Source of the DNA: Candidatus Burarchaeum australiense | Lineage (GTDB): Archaea; Micrarchaeota; Micrarchaeia; Burarchaeales; Burarchaeaceae | Assembly (NCBI GenBank): GCA_902386535.1 | Contig: CABMJK010000039.1 | Coordinates: 678-64,677, forward strand | Reading direction: 5' to 3' | DNA: 64,000 nt | Shown here: positions 25,450 to 34,608 of the stretch, one piece after another | How positions within the stretch are numbered: the stretch's first letter is position 1 | How the letters are laid out: each line of letters opens with the position of its first letter | Notes under the pieces: generated by a model | What the model was told of the DNA's origin: nothing | The model's database searches: none | The model's input: the letters and a program-made list of their open reading frames with translations, nothing else | Translations under genes and position numbers: made by a program

Positions 25450-26793
25450 TCACCCGCCGTCCTTGCGCCGCAGCGCATCCATATGCGCGATTCTCTTTTT
25501 TATAAGTTCCGCGGTCCCGATGTCGCGCCTGTGGAATAGCTTGCCGGTCACATGTGAGCACGCGCGCTCGGTCCGACGCTCGGCCTCCTCGATGTTGTCG
25601 CCCTGCCCGACCAGCGCCACCGTGCGCGAGCCCAGCATCAGGAGCTTTCCCTCGCGCTCGTCCACGCTCGCGTAGAAAATCCTGCACCCGCCATTGCGGC
25701 CTATGGCGTCCTCGTTCACCTCGATGGGCTCGCCCTTCAGCGGCTTTTCCGGATAGCCTTCGGGCACGAGATATTTGCAGACGCTCGCCTTCTGAGCGAA
25801 CCGCATCTCGCCGCGCGCGAGCCTGCCCTCGCCTATGCCCGCGGCAATCCCGGCGAAATCGCCCTCGAGCAGGGGCAGCACGTTCATGGCCTCGGGGTCG
25901 CCGAAGCGCGAGTTGAACTCTATCACCTTGACCCCGCGGGCAGTGGCCATGAACTGGCCGTACAAAATTCCGCGGTAGGGCGCGCCCGCCTTTGCGAGCG
26001 CGGAAACTGTTGAACGCATTATGTCGAGCGCCTCGTCGCGCTCGCGCTCCGAGAGGAAGGGCAGGAGGTGGTTTGCGTCGGAATAGCTCCCCATGCCGCC
26101 CGTATTTGCGCCTTTATCGCCTTCCAATGCCAGCTTGTGGTCCTGCACGAGCGGCATGCCCGCGAGCCCGCGGCCGTCGACAAAGGCCTGCAGCGTGAAC
26201 TCCTCGCCCTCCAATTTTTCTTCTACGACAACGCTTCCCAATTTCCCGATGTTGGCCGAGATAACTTCAGCGGCATACCGCTTGGCCTCCTCGCCATCCC
26301 TCAGCTGCTTGCCCGTGACCTTCACACCCTTGCCTCCCGTGAGGCCCGCGGGCTTTATCGCCACTGCGCCGCCCAGCTCGTCAATGAAATCGGCCGCCTC
26401 GCGCGCATCGCCTGTCGCGAGGAACTTCGGGCAGCCGGCAATCTTGTTCTTTCGCATGAGCTCGCGCGCGAAGGACTTGTCCCACTCGATGCGCGCAGCG
26501 GCGCGCGAAGGCCCGCAGACCAGCACCTCGTTTTTTTCGAGCTCATCGACAACCCCTTTCTCAAATGCCGCATCCGGTCCGATTACTGCAACCTCGACCT
26601 TTCGCGTCTGGGCCCATTTGGCAACCGAAACGGCATCACAAATATCGCCCACCGCCCATTCCTCGCTCAACCTCATTATGCCGGGATTGCGGGCGCTCAT
26701 GAAGGAGTAAAGCTCGCAGCCGTCCGCACGCGCAAGCGCGTCGGCCATGGCGTGCTCGCGCCCGCCGCTTCCGACTAACAAGACCCGAACCAT
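25450..26793 (-). CDS. purD: Phosphoribosylamine-glycine ligase
   Basis: MVRVLLVGSGGREHAMA..., ATP-grasp body, 447 aa. Confidence 0.9.
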   Translation of the reverse strand: MVRVLLVGSGGREHAMADALARADGCELYSFMSARNPGIMRLSEEWAVGDICDAVSVAKWAQTRKVEVAVIGPDAAFEKGVVDELEKNEVLVCGPSRAAARIEWDKSFARELMRKNKIAGCPKFLATGDAREAADFIDELGGAVAIKPAGLTGGKGVKVTGKQLRDGEEAKRYAAEVISANIGKLGSVVVEEKLEGEEFTLQAFVDGRGLAGMPLVQDHKLALEGDKGANTGGMGSYSDANHLLPFLSERERDEALDIMRSTVSALAKAGAPYRGILYGQFMATARGVKVIEFNSRFGDPEAMNVLPLLEGDFAGIAAGIGEGRLARGEMRFAQKASVCKYLVPEGYPEKPLKGEPIEVNEDAIGRNGGCRIFYASVDEREGKLLMLGSRTVALVGQGDNIEEAERRTERACSHVTGKLFHRRDIGTAELIKKRIAHMDALRRKDGG

Positions 26794-26821
26794 GGAATCA
26801 TCCTAAATCAGCTGCCTGAAT

Positions 26822-28312
26822 TTAGTGGACCATCGTCGCTTCTTCCCAGTACCTTTTCTCCGAGCTTCCGCCCTTGAGAATCGCATTCACCTTTTTCGCG
26901 AGCGGGGTCGGATAGTCCTCGTGCAGGCAGCCGTTGCACATTTGGTCCGCCTTCAGGCCGATGGCCTCGTTCATCGCGCCTATGGTCTGGTAGGCCAGCG
27001 AGTCCGCGCCCAGCATCTTGCGTATTTCCTCCACGCTGTGGTTTGCGCCTATAAGCTCCTTGTGCGTGGACATGTCGATGCCGTAGAAGCACGGGCCGAC
27101 GATGGGTGGGCAGGTTATGCGCACGTGCACCTCCTTGGCCCCGCCTTCCTTCAGCAGGCGCACGATGATGGAGGTCGTGGTCCCGCGCACTATGCTGTCG
27201 TCTATCAGGACGACGCGCTTGCCCTTGAGCAGGGACCTGAGGGGGTTGAACTTCACCCGCACCGCGGCCTCGCGGTCGCGCTGCTGCGGCATTATGAACG
27301 TGCGGCCCACGTAGCGGTTCTTTATCAGGCCCTCCAGGAAAGGTATGCCGGATTTCCGCGCATAGCCCTCGGCCGCGGGCCGCGCCGTGTCGGGCATGGG
27401 CACCACCACGTCGGCCTTGGCAGGCGCGTCGCGGGCCAGGAGCTCTCCGAGTTTCAGCCTGATCTGGTAAACGTTGCCCGCGTCCAGGTTGGAGTCGGGG
27501 CGCGAGAAGTATACGTACTCGAACATGCAGGTCGCGAACCGCGCATTCACCAGCTGCTTCAGTGTGAGCTTGCCGTCCTTCAGCAGGAGGGCCGAGCCGG
27601 GCGCGACAAAGCCCTTCATCGGAATCTTGTTTATGTCCAGGCACACGCTTTCGCTCGCCACCATGAAAAGCTCGTCGTTCCAGCCGTAGCAAAGGGGCTT
27701 TATGCCGTGCGGGTCGCGGAAGGCGAAGAGCTCTCCCTTGCCCGTCACCAGGCCTTCGCAGTAGGCGCCGTCAAAAGTCTTCATGCAGTATTCGGCGGCC
27801 TTGAAGAAGTCGCCCTTGTTTTTCCTGAGCGCCTCGGCGAAAACGTCCACGATTATCTCGCAGTCGCACTTGGAGCTGAGCGCCCTGCCTTCCTTCTGCA
27901 CCAGCGCGCGCATCTGGTGGTAATTCACGAGGTTGCCGTTGTGCGAGTTCGCCATGCCGCCCCGGATGTCGCTCACGATGAAGGGCTGGGCGTCCTTGGC
28001 GCTGGGCGTGCCCGTGGTAGGATAGCGCACCGAGCCCACTCCGAGCCAGCCGTTCAGACCTGCCACGAACTCCCGGGTTATTGCATCCGTCACCAAGCCC
28101 ATGCCTTTCTGGAGCTCGATTGAATCCCCTTCGACCACCGCAATGCCCGCGCCATCCTGACCCCTGTGCTGCTGGGCCAGAAGGGCGAGATATATGGCGT
28201 TTGCCACAGGCTTGTGCTTGTAGGAGTAGGCAGCCACCACGCCGCAAGCTTCCCGTTTCTCGTAATTGCGAGAACTCATCGGACAGCTTGAACATCCGTT
28301 ACGCCAATTCAT
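26822..28312 (-). CDS. purF: Amidophosphoribosyltransferase
   Basis: N-terminal nucleophile ..EACGVVA, the PRTase motif VVLIDDSIVRGTT, and a C-terminal Cys cluster. The true start may be the internal Met (MSSRNYEK..). Confidence 0.9.
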   Translation of the reverse strand: MNWRNGCSSCPMSSRNYEKREACGVVAAYSYKHKPVANAIYLALLAQQHRGQDGAGIAVVEGDSIELQKGMGLVTDAITREFVAGLNGWLGVGSVRYPTTGTPSAKDAQPFIVSDIRGGMANSHNGNLVNYHQMRALVQKEGRALSSKCDCEIIVDVFAEALRKNKGDFFKAAEYCMKTFDGAYCEGLVTGKGELFAFRDPHGIKPLCYGWNDELFMVASESVCLDINKIPMKGFVAPGSALLLKDGKLTLKQLVNARFATCMFEYVYFSRPDSNLDAGNVYQIRLKLGELLARDAPAKADVVVPMPDTARPAAEGYARKSGIPFLEGLIKNRYVGRTFIMPQQRDREAAVRVKFNPLRSLLKGKRVVLIDDSIVRGTTTSIIVRLLKEGGAKEVHVRITCPPIVGPCFYGIDMSTHKELIGANHSVEEIRKMLGADSLAYQTIGAMNEAIGLKADQMCNGCLHEDYPTPLAKKVNAILKGGSSEKRYWEEATMVH

Positions 28313-28354
28313 ATCAATACCTCAACTGCAAACCTTTTAATCTGATGTTGCGCC

Positions 28355-29194
28355 TTACCGCTTCTCCCTGAAATGCCCAACGATGTTCCTGAACAGCCGC
28401 AGGTTCATGGATTCCGAAGGCAGCGCCTTGCCCGCGCGCTTCAGCAGCTCTTTTTGCAGCGGCCAGTCGTACAGGCCCGTGGATTCCATCGCCCTTTCCG
28501 GGTGGGGCATTAGTCCCAGCACCTTGCCGTCTTCGGAAGTTATGCCGGCTATGTCAGCCAGGGCGCCGTTCGGGTTGTAGGGAAACTCGCCATTGGCCGC
28601 ACTCAAATCCTCCCTGGCATACTGGAAGCAGATCATTTTCTTTTCCTTGAGTTTTCGCAGCACTTCGTCCGTGCAATAGAAATTCCCTTCCCCGTGCGCA
28701 ATCGGGCAGCGGATGCGCTCGATGCCCCGGGTCCACAGATTTTCTGCCGCCGGCTTCAGCGTGACGTACCTGCATTCCAGCACGCCAGTCCTGTTCGGCA
28801 TCAGCGCGATGTTCCTCTCGTATTTCCTGCCGAACGCGGGCAGGAGGCCGAGGTTGGCAAGTATCTGGAAGCCATTGCATATTCCGAGCACCAGATTGTC
28901 GCCATCCAGGAACTCGCCCAGTTCATCCCAAAGATTGTTGCGCACCCGGTTGGCATACGCATTTCCCGCGCCAGTGTCATCCCCATAGGCAAAGCCGCCA
29001 GGGAAGATGACCAGGCGATAATCGGACAGCAGTTTTCTCTTGTCTATCAAGTCGTTTATGTGCACGATGTCCGAGGCCATGCCCGCCCGCTTCAGAGCCT
29101 CCCGCGTTTCCATCTCGGAGTTGATGCCGTAGCCACTCATGATGATGGCCTTCTCGGCAAGTTGAGTTGCGCGGTTTTGTTTTGAAATGCCCAT
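28355..29194 (-). CDS. purQ: FGAM synthase, glutamine amidotransferase subunit
   Basis: The class I GATase catalytic elbow LGICNGFQIL and the HPER motif near the C-terminus. Confidence 0.9.
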   Translation of the reverse strand: MGISKQNRATQLAEKAIIMSGYGINSEMETREALKRAGMASDIVHINDLIDKRKLLSDYRLVIFPGGFAYGDDTGAGNAYANRVRNNLWDELGEFLDGDNLVLGICNGFQILANLGLLPAFGRKYERNIALMPNRTGVLECRYVTLKPAAENLWTRGIERIRCPIAHGEGNFYCTDEVLRKLKEKKMICFQYAREDLSAANGEFPYNPNGALADIAGITSEDGKVLGLMPHPERAMESTGLYDWPLQKELLKRAGKALPSESMNLRLFRNIVGHFREKR

Positions 29195-29195
29195 C

Positions 29196-32100
29196 TCAAT
29201 ACCCCTTGAACGTCGATTTGTAGGCTTCCTCGAGCTGCGCCATTGGAAGGTCGACGATTTTTTTGGCCGCGGTTATCGTGAAGTTGGAACCGCCGACCGT
29301 GCCCAGCAGGTGCGCGGCCTCGCCCAGAATCTTCTCTAACTTTTGCCTGTTTTCCGGGCAGACGGTGACGACAAACCTTCCCTGGGACTCGGAGAAGAGA
29401 TAAAAGTCCGGCCGCATGACCTGCGGGATTGCAAGCTTCATGCCTAGCCGGCCTGCGATGGAGACTTTGGCCAGCGCAATGCCCAGTCCTCCGTGGCTCA
29501 CAGGAAACGCGGAGGCGACCAGTTCCTGCTCGATGGCCGAGCTCAATTTCTCATATCTTGCCTTTGCCGCATTTGCATCGAGTTTCGGAACATTGTTGCC
29601 CGGACTGCCCAAATAGGCAAAATATTCCGAGCCGCCCAGCTCCTCGAGAGTTTCGCCGACGACATAAACCAAATCGCCCGCGCATTTCGCATCCATGGAC
29701 ACTGCCTTTGTAACGTCCGCGTGTATGCCGATTGAGGAAATGAGCAGCGTGGGAGGCACCGACATCTTCACGGGCCTGTTGTCCGCGTCAAAGCCTGAGA
29801 AATCATTGAACATGCTGTCCTTGCCGGAGATGAAGGGCGTGCCGAATGCGGTCGCATAATCATAGCAAGCCTTGGCTGCGCGCTTCAGCTGCCCGAGCCT
29901 CTCGGGCTCGTTCGAGGAGCACCAGCAGAAGTTGTCCAAAAGCGCGAGCCTGTCCAGCGGCACGCCGATGGCGATGAGGCCGCGTATTGCCGTGTCGATG
30001 GCTGCAGCCGCCATGCCATAGGGGTCTATTTCAGAATAGAGAGGATAGAGGCCCTGCGAAAGGCCCACGCCTTTCTTGGAATCGGGCACCACCTTGGTCA
30101 GCGAAGCCATTGCCTGCACTTCGCCCTTGCCCTGCAGGGGCCCGAGCACGTGACCGCCCTGCACAACATAGTCATACTGCGTGGAAATGTATTCCTTCGA
30201 GCACAGGTTCTTCCTGCGCATCATGTCCAGCAAGGTTGGGCCGAGGTCGGACGGGCAGGCCTGCCTTGGCTCCGGATAATTTTTCTGCGAGTAGGCGGTT
30301 TTAAGGTGCTTTTTCGGCAGCCCGTTATGCAGGAATTCCAACTCGACGTCCATCACGGTTTCGCCGTTCCATTCGACCACGCACTTGCCTGAATCGGTGA
30401 ACTTTCCGATCACCGTGGCTTCCACATCCCTTCTTTGCAGCAGCTCCAGGAGGGCGGCGAGCTTGGCCGGCGGCACTGCGAGCGTCATGCGCTCCTGGGA
30501 TTCCGAAACCCATATTTCCCAGGGTGCCATGCCGGGATATTTCAGCGGGACTTTCTCCAATTGGACGTGGCAGCCGCCCGACTCCTTTGCCATTTCCGCC
30601 ACAGAGCAGGAAATCCCGCCCGCGCCGTTGTCAGTTATGCTGGTGTAAAGCTCGAGGCCGCGCGCCTCTTTTACTATGGCATCGCTCAGCTTCTTCTGCG
30701 TGATGGGGTCTCCGATTTGGACCGCAGTCATAGGGCTGCCGGAGTCCAGGGCCTCGGATGAAAAAGTGGCACCATGGATTCCGTCTTTGCCAACGCGGCC
30801 GCCCGCCATGACTATGAGGTCGCCGGGCTGCGCCTTCTTTTCGTAAAGTTTCCTGCCCACTTTCCGTTTCACAGAACGCACATTCTGCTGCTGCAGAATG
30901 GCGCCCCTTTCTCCTGTGGGAGAAAGAGGGAGGGGCCCCTTTCCGCTGCCTGCGGAAAGAGGGCCGTTTTCCTCGCGCGGCATCACGCCCACGGTGCCCA
31001 CGAAAATCAGGGGCTTGCCTGCATAGCGGGCATCGAAATAGCACCAGCCCTGCGGGGTCGGGATGCCGGAGCAGTTCCCTCCGACGGCAACGCCCCGCAC
31101 CACGCCGTCGAGAATCTGTCTGGGCGGGAGAATCGGGTTTGACTTGCCCTTTCCGCGGTACAATTCCGGCGAGGTTTCCGGGTCTGCAACGCAGTAGCCG
31201 TAGTAGTTGATGCACGGCTTTGCGCCGAGCCCGAAGCCGATGGTGTCGCGGTTGACCCCGACTATACCCGTGAGCGCGCCTCCGAAGGGGTCGAGGGCCG
31301 ACGGCGAGTTGTGCGTCTCGACCTTGTGCGTGACAAGATTGGAATCATCGAACTTGATGGCGCCCGAGTTGTCGGTGAACACGCTCACGCAGATGTCGTC
31401 CTTTCCCCTTTCCTTCCTTATGCGGTTCGTGGCTCCCTGAATGTAAGTCTTGTAGAGCCCTTGCGGAACGTCGTCATCCATGGCAGACGCGAATATCGTA
31501 TGCTTGCAGTGCTCGCTCCAGGTCTGCGCCAGCGACTCGAGCTCCACGTCCGTCGGCTTCCTACCTTTTTTGCCGAAGTGGGTGCGTATCGCCTTGAGCT
31601 GACCCAAATCCAGCGCAAGCGGCCCGCGCCGCGCGCCGGTCTTGGCATCCACTATCCCTTCCTTCCCCAGTTTCGCGAGCTCCGCGTCGCCAATGTCAAG
31701 GTCCACGGGTTCGGCCACGGGCATGTCGTTCAGCTGGACGCGCGGCACGACCACACCCATACCCTTCTCGCCATATTCCTGCCGGGTTTTCACGTGCACG
31801 CGGTTGACCAGCGGGTTCGCGAGCGTGGTTGCAAGTTTTTTCACAGATGCAGCGGATAATTTTCCCTTGACCAGGAAAAGCTGGGAGGTGTGGACCGCCT
31901 CGTCCTGCCTGAAGCGCACCTTGAAAAAGTCCTCGATGGTCTGCTTCGCGGTATTTCCGGCATTGTCGGTCACGCCGGGCAGGAAGCCGACCTCGATGGC
32001 AAAATCGAAATCGCCCCTTGTCGCCGCGTCTATCTTGAAATCCTGGACAACCGGGTTGATTAGCTGGGCGGCTATTTTCCCGAGTTCGCCCGCATTGAAG

Positions 32101-32246
32101 TCGCGAGATTCCGTTGAAATCGTGTAAACGTCCACTAGCAGGACTTCCTCCGCGGATGAAAAGCCCAGGGAGCGCAGCCTGTCAGTGCGGGATTTCACCC
32201 GGGGGTCTTGTTTATACTGGACCTCGATCCGGTGAGCAGAAGCCAT
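29196..32246 (-). CDS. purL: FGAM synthase II with an about 200-aa N-terminal PurS-like/linker extension (1016 aa)
   Basis: PurL core motifs are SEHCKHTIF, ETHNSPSALDPFGGA and two AIRS-type domains. The protein is about 250-300 aa longer than small archaeal/bacterial PurL as I remember them. The stop is 1 nt from the purQ start. Confidence 0.9.
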   Translation of the reverse strand: MASAHRIEVQYKQDPRVKSRTDRLRSLGFSSAEEVLLVDVYTISTESRDFNAGELGKIAAQLINPVVQDFKIDAATRGDFDFAIEVGFLPGVTDNAGNTAKQTIEDFFKVRFRQDEAVHTSQLFLVKGKLSAASVKKLATTLANPLVNRVHVKTRQEYGEKGMGVVVPRVQLNDMPVAEPVDLDIGDAELAKLGKEGIVDAKTGARRGPLALDLGQLKAIRTHFGKKGRKPTDVELESLAQTWSEHCKHTIFASAMDDDVPQGLYKTYIQGATNRIRKERGKDDICVSVFTDNSGAIKFDDSNLVTHKVETHNSPSALDPFGGALTGIVGVNRDTIGFGLGAKPCINYYGYCVADPETSPELYRGKGKSNPILPPRQILDGVVRGVAVGGNCSGIPTPQGWCYFDARYAGKPLIFVGTVGVMPREENGPLSAGSGKGPLPLSPTGERGAILQQQNVRSVKRKVGRKLYEKKAQPGDLIVMAGGRVGKDGIHGATFSSEALDSGSPMTAVQIGDPITQKKLSDAIVKEARGLELYTSITDNGAGGISCSVAEMAKESGGCHVQLEKVPLKYPGMAPWEIWVSESQERMTLAVPPAKLAALLELLQRRDVEATVIGKFTDSGKCVVEWNGETVMDVELEFLHNGLPKKHLKTAYSQKNYPEPRQACPSDLGPTLLDMMRRKNLCSKEYISTQYDYVVQGGHVLGPLQGKGEVQAMASLTKVVPDSKKGVGLSQGLYPLYSEIDPYGMAAAAIDTAIRGLIAIGVPLDRLALLDNFCWCSSNEPERLGQLKRAAKACYDYATAFGTPFISGKDSMFNDFSGFDADNRPVKMSVPPTLLISSIGIHADVTKAVSMDAKCAGDLVYVVGETLEELGGSEYFAYLGSPGNNVPKLDANAAKARYEKLSSAIEQELVASAFPVSHGGLGIALAKVSIAGRLGMKLAIPQVMRPDFYLFSESQGRFVVTVCPENRQKLEKILGEAAHLLGTVGGSNFTITAAKKIVDLPMAQLEEAYKSTFKGY

Positions 32247-32332
32247 ACGTTACCAATAAGGCCGAAAAAATAAAAAGCTAGACGCGGGCCGGAGGGGCTG
32301 GAGAGACAAGGTGGGGCGGTGGAGCGGGATAG

Positions 32333-32342
32333 CTATTTAAAC
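32333..32342 (+). promoter_or_regulatory. TATA-like box CTATTTAAAC upstream of the pilin-like operon
   Basis: Its centre is about 25 nt upstream of ATG 32363, suggesting a leaderless transcript. Confidence 0.45.
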
Positions 32343-32362
32343 CGCGCCTGAAAGATTTCCGC

Positions 32363-33124
32363 ATGAGAACGAGGGCGCGGACGAACGAGGGCGGATTGAA
32401 GTGCCCCCTGCGGGCGCAGGCAAGCGTCGAGATTATAATCATACTGGCCTCGCTCCTCCTTGTTTTCGGGCTCATACTCAACGCCGCCGGATTGCGGCTT
32501 GGCGACACGCGCACCTTTGCGGACAACGAGATGACGGGCGCGGGAGTAAGCGGCATTGCGGCAGCGGCCGACGAAGTCTATGCCGAAGGCGTTGGCAGCC
32601 AAAGGCTGGTGAAGCTCAGCCTGCCGGCCTCTGTGGTGCAGGGCAGGAGCTTTGTGGACGGCCACCTGCTCGGCGTGCAGCTGCTGAACGCCCGGGGCCC
32701 GACGGACATCAACGCCCGGGCCGGGGCGCCGATGCAGGGCTCGCTGCCCGACACGCCGGGCGATCACCAGGTGCGCGTGAAGGCTGCGCAGGGATTTGTA
32801 ATAATTGGGGAGACCTCACTGTCTATTGAGCCGACGCTGCTCTATGCATATCTAGGGAAGACCGGCGAGTCTGAAGCAAAACTCACGATAATCAACACGG
32901 GTAATGAGCCGCTCACGCTCTCGCTTTCCCTCGACTGGCCAAATCAGGCCGTCAGCGCAGCGCTGGACCAAACCTCGCTTTCGCTGCAGCCTGGCGAGGC
33001 GCGCACGGTCAGCGTGAAGTTTGCGAGCGGTGAGACTGCAGGCACCTATGCAGGCGAGCTCGTGCTTGATGCCAGCAACGGGGAACAGTTCAACGTCGGG
33101 GTGATGGCAGATGTCCTCGCGTAG
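32363..33124 (+). CDS. Class III signal peptide (archaeal type IV pilin-like) protein A (253 aa)
   Basis: MRTRARTNEGGLKCPLRAQ|ASVEIIIILASLLLVFGLIL has the QxSxE motif followed by a hydrophobic helix, as in archaeal class III signal peptides. The C-terminal part looks beta-rich. Confidence 0.7.
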   Translation: MRTRARTNEGGLKCPLRAQASVEIIIILASLLLVFGLILNAAGLRLGDTRTFADNEMTGAGVSGIAAAADEVYAEGVGSQRLVKLSLPASVVQGRSFVDGHLLGVQLLNARGPTDINARAGAPMQGSLPDTPGDHQVRVKAAQGFVIIGETSLSIEPTLLYAYLGKTGESEAKLTIINTGNEPLTLSLSLDWPNQAVSAALDQTSLSLQPGEARTVSVKFASGETAGTYAGELVLDASNGEQFNVGVMADVLA

Positions 33125-33575
33125 GCAAAGGGCGCAGGCAGGAGAAAGCGGAGCGCCGTGCCCCCTGCGGGCGCAGGCGAGCGTCGAGCTGCTCATAATG
33201 TCCTTTTTCGCAGTCGCCATCATACTCGCGCTTTTCTCAGTCTACACCAACATGCTGAACGTGAATTCCGGCGACTCCCAGCTGAGGCATGCGCAGGCAG
33301 TGGCCGGCCGGCTTGCCGGCGCCATGAACGCGGTCGGGCAGGGCATTGACGGGAGCGAGGCACGCGTGAGCCTGGCCGATGCGTCGGGGCTCGAAGTCTC
33401 GTTCCAGGGCAGGAGCGTGCGGGCCGCGTGGAGTAATTACGGAGGTGGCAGGAGCGAGGCCTCTTCGCCCACGTTCACGGACAACGTTGATTTCAGCGTG
33501 GGCCCGGGCGGGGCTGGCGGCAAGAATCTGATTGTGAAAAAAGACGGGGAAAAAATAGTCGTGAGGCAGGCCTGA
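33111..33575 (+). CDS. Class III signal peptide (pilin-like) protein B (154 aa)
   Basis: ...GAPCPLRAQ|ASVELLIMSFFAVAIILALFSVY. The leader motif CPLRAQASVE is identical to protein A. It overlaps gene A by 14 nt. Confidence 0.7.
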   Translation: MSSRRQRAQAGESGAPCPLRAQASVELLIMSFFAVAIILALFSVYTNMLNVNSGDSQLRHAQAVAGRLAGAMNAVGQGIDGSEARVSLADASGLEVSFQGRSVRAAWSNYGGGRSEASSPTFTDNVDFSVGPGGAGGKNLIVKKDGEKIVVRQA

Positions 33576-33576
33576 C

Positions 33577-34158
33577 ATGGAGATGAAAATGAAGAAGATG
33601 GTGGGCGAGGGCGCAAGGAAAGGGCAGGTCATAAGCTATGACCTGATGCTCGCGACTACCGTAGCAGTGGCACTGCTGGGCGTCGTGCTGCTTGCCTCGA
33701 ACACGATTACGGCCGCGAGCGGGGCAGCGTATGACGAGGGCGCGCTGGTGGCGGATGGGGCATTGGCGCAGCTCGTGCTCACGCCGGGCTCGCCCGCTGA
33801 CTGGGCTGCGGGCGCGGCTGCCGGCACTGCTGCAGGCACCGGAGCAGGCGCAGCCTATGAGGCGCATTCGCTCGGCCTTGCAGAGAGACGCGGCGTGCTC
33901 GACAAGGAAAAGGTGGAGGCGTTTGCGGAACTCGATGGGCTGGCCGACGCGGAAGGCGGCCGCGTGTCTTTGCGCGAGAGGCTCGGGCTTTTGCGCGAGG
34001 GCGCCGCATATGATTTCCGGTTCGAGGTGCGCGGGCTTGACGGCTCGGCACTTTATGCCACGGGCCAGGAGCCAACGGGGAACGTGTTCGCGAGCAGGCG
34101 GCTGGTCGAGCTCGACGGCTCGCCTGTGACTGCGGTGATGATGGTTTGGAAGAAATAG
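33577..34158 (+). CDS. Class III signal peptide (pilin-like) protein C (193 aa)
   Basis: ...GARKGQ|VISYDLMLATTVAVALLGVVLLA. It starts 1 nt after the stop of gene B. Confidence 0.65.
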   Translation: MEMKMKKMVGEGARKGQVISYDLMLATTVAVALLGVVLLASNTITAASGAAYDEGALVADGALAQLVLTPGSPADWAAGAAAGTAAGTGAGAAYEAHSLGLAERRGVLDKEKVEAFAELDGLADAEGGRVSLRERLGLLREGAAYDFRFEVRGLDGSALYATGQEPTGNVFASRRLVELDGSPVTAVMMVWKK

Positions 34159-34213
34159 GAAAGAGTGAAGGGCGGGGAATGTGGCGGATGATGGAAATGC
34201 GAGGGATGGAAGA

Positions 34214-34603
34214 ATGCGCGGAATAATATTCACGGTGGACGCGGTCACTGCGGCAGCTTTCCTAGTCGTGCTCCTGTCAACCGCATTCCTGCTGATAAGC
34301 GCGCTGCCGGCCGGGCAGCCTGCCGAAGACCACTTCGCGCACGACGTGCTGGCAGTGTTGGATGGGAAGGCGGGGGCAGGGCTGAATGACGCGCAAGTGA
34401 GGCAGATGTTCCTGCAGGCCAACAAGTGCGGCTCGATTGTTGTAAGGGACGCGGCTGGTTTCGTCGTAGATTCCGCCTACGCGTGCGGCTGCGGCCAGGG
34501 CACCGAAACAGTTGCTTACAGAAGCCTCGTAAAAGTGGGCGCTGGCGGGGCGCTTGAAATCAATTTGGCAAAGGCAAGCGCGTGCCCGAGAACTGGGAGT
34601 TGA
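34214..34603 (+). CDS. Pilin-like protein D (129 aa from ATG 34214)
   Basis: MRG|IIFTVDAVTAAAFLVVLLSTAFLLI is a short basic leader plus hydrophobic helix. The track ORF starts at GTG 34181. Confidence 0.6.
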   Translation: MRGIIFTVDAVTAAAFLVVLLSTAFLLISALPAGQPAEDHFAHDVLAVLDGKAGAGLNDAQVRQMFLQANKCGSIVVRDAAGFVVDSAYACGCGQGTETVAYRSLVKVGAGGALEINLAKASACPRTGS

Positions 34604-34608
34604 AGGCC

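Noticed and set aside
25445-25687. 81-aa N-terminal extension of purM in the track ORF
   Set aside because: It overlaps the 3' end of purD out of frame and is Arg/Gly/Ala-rich. The canonical PurM N-terminus MAFDYSKAGVD starts at 25444.
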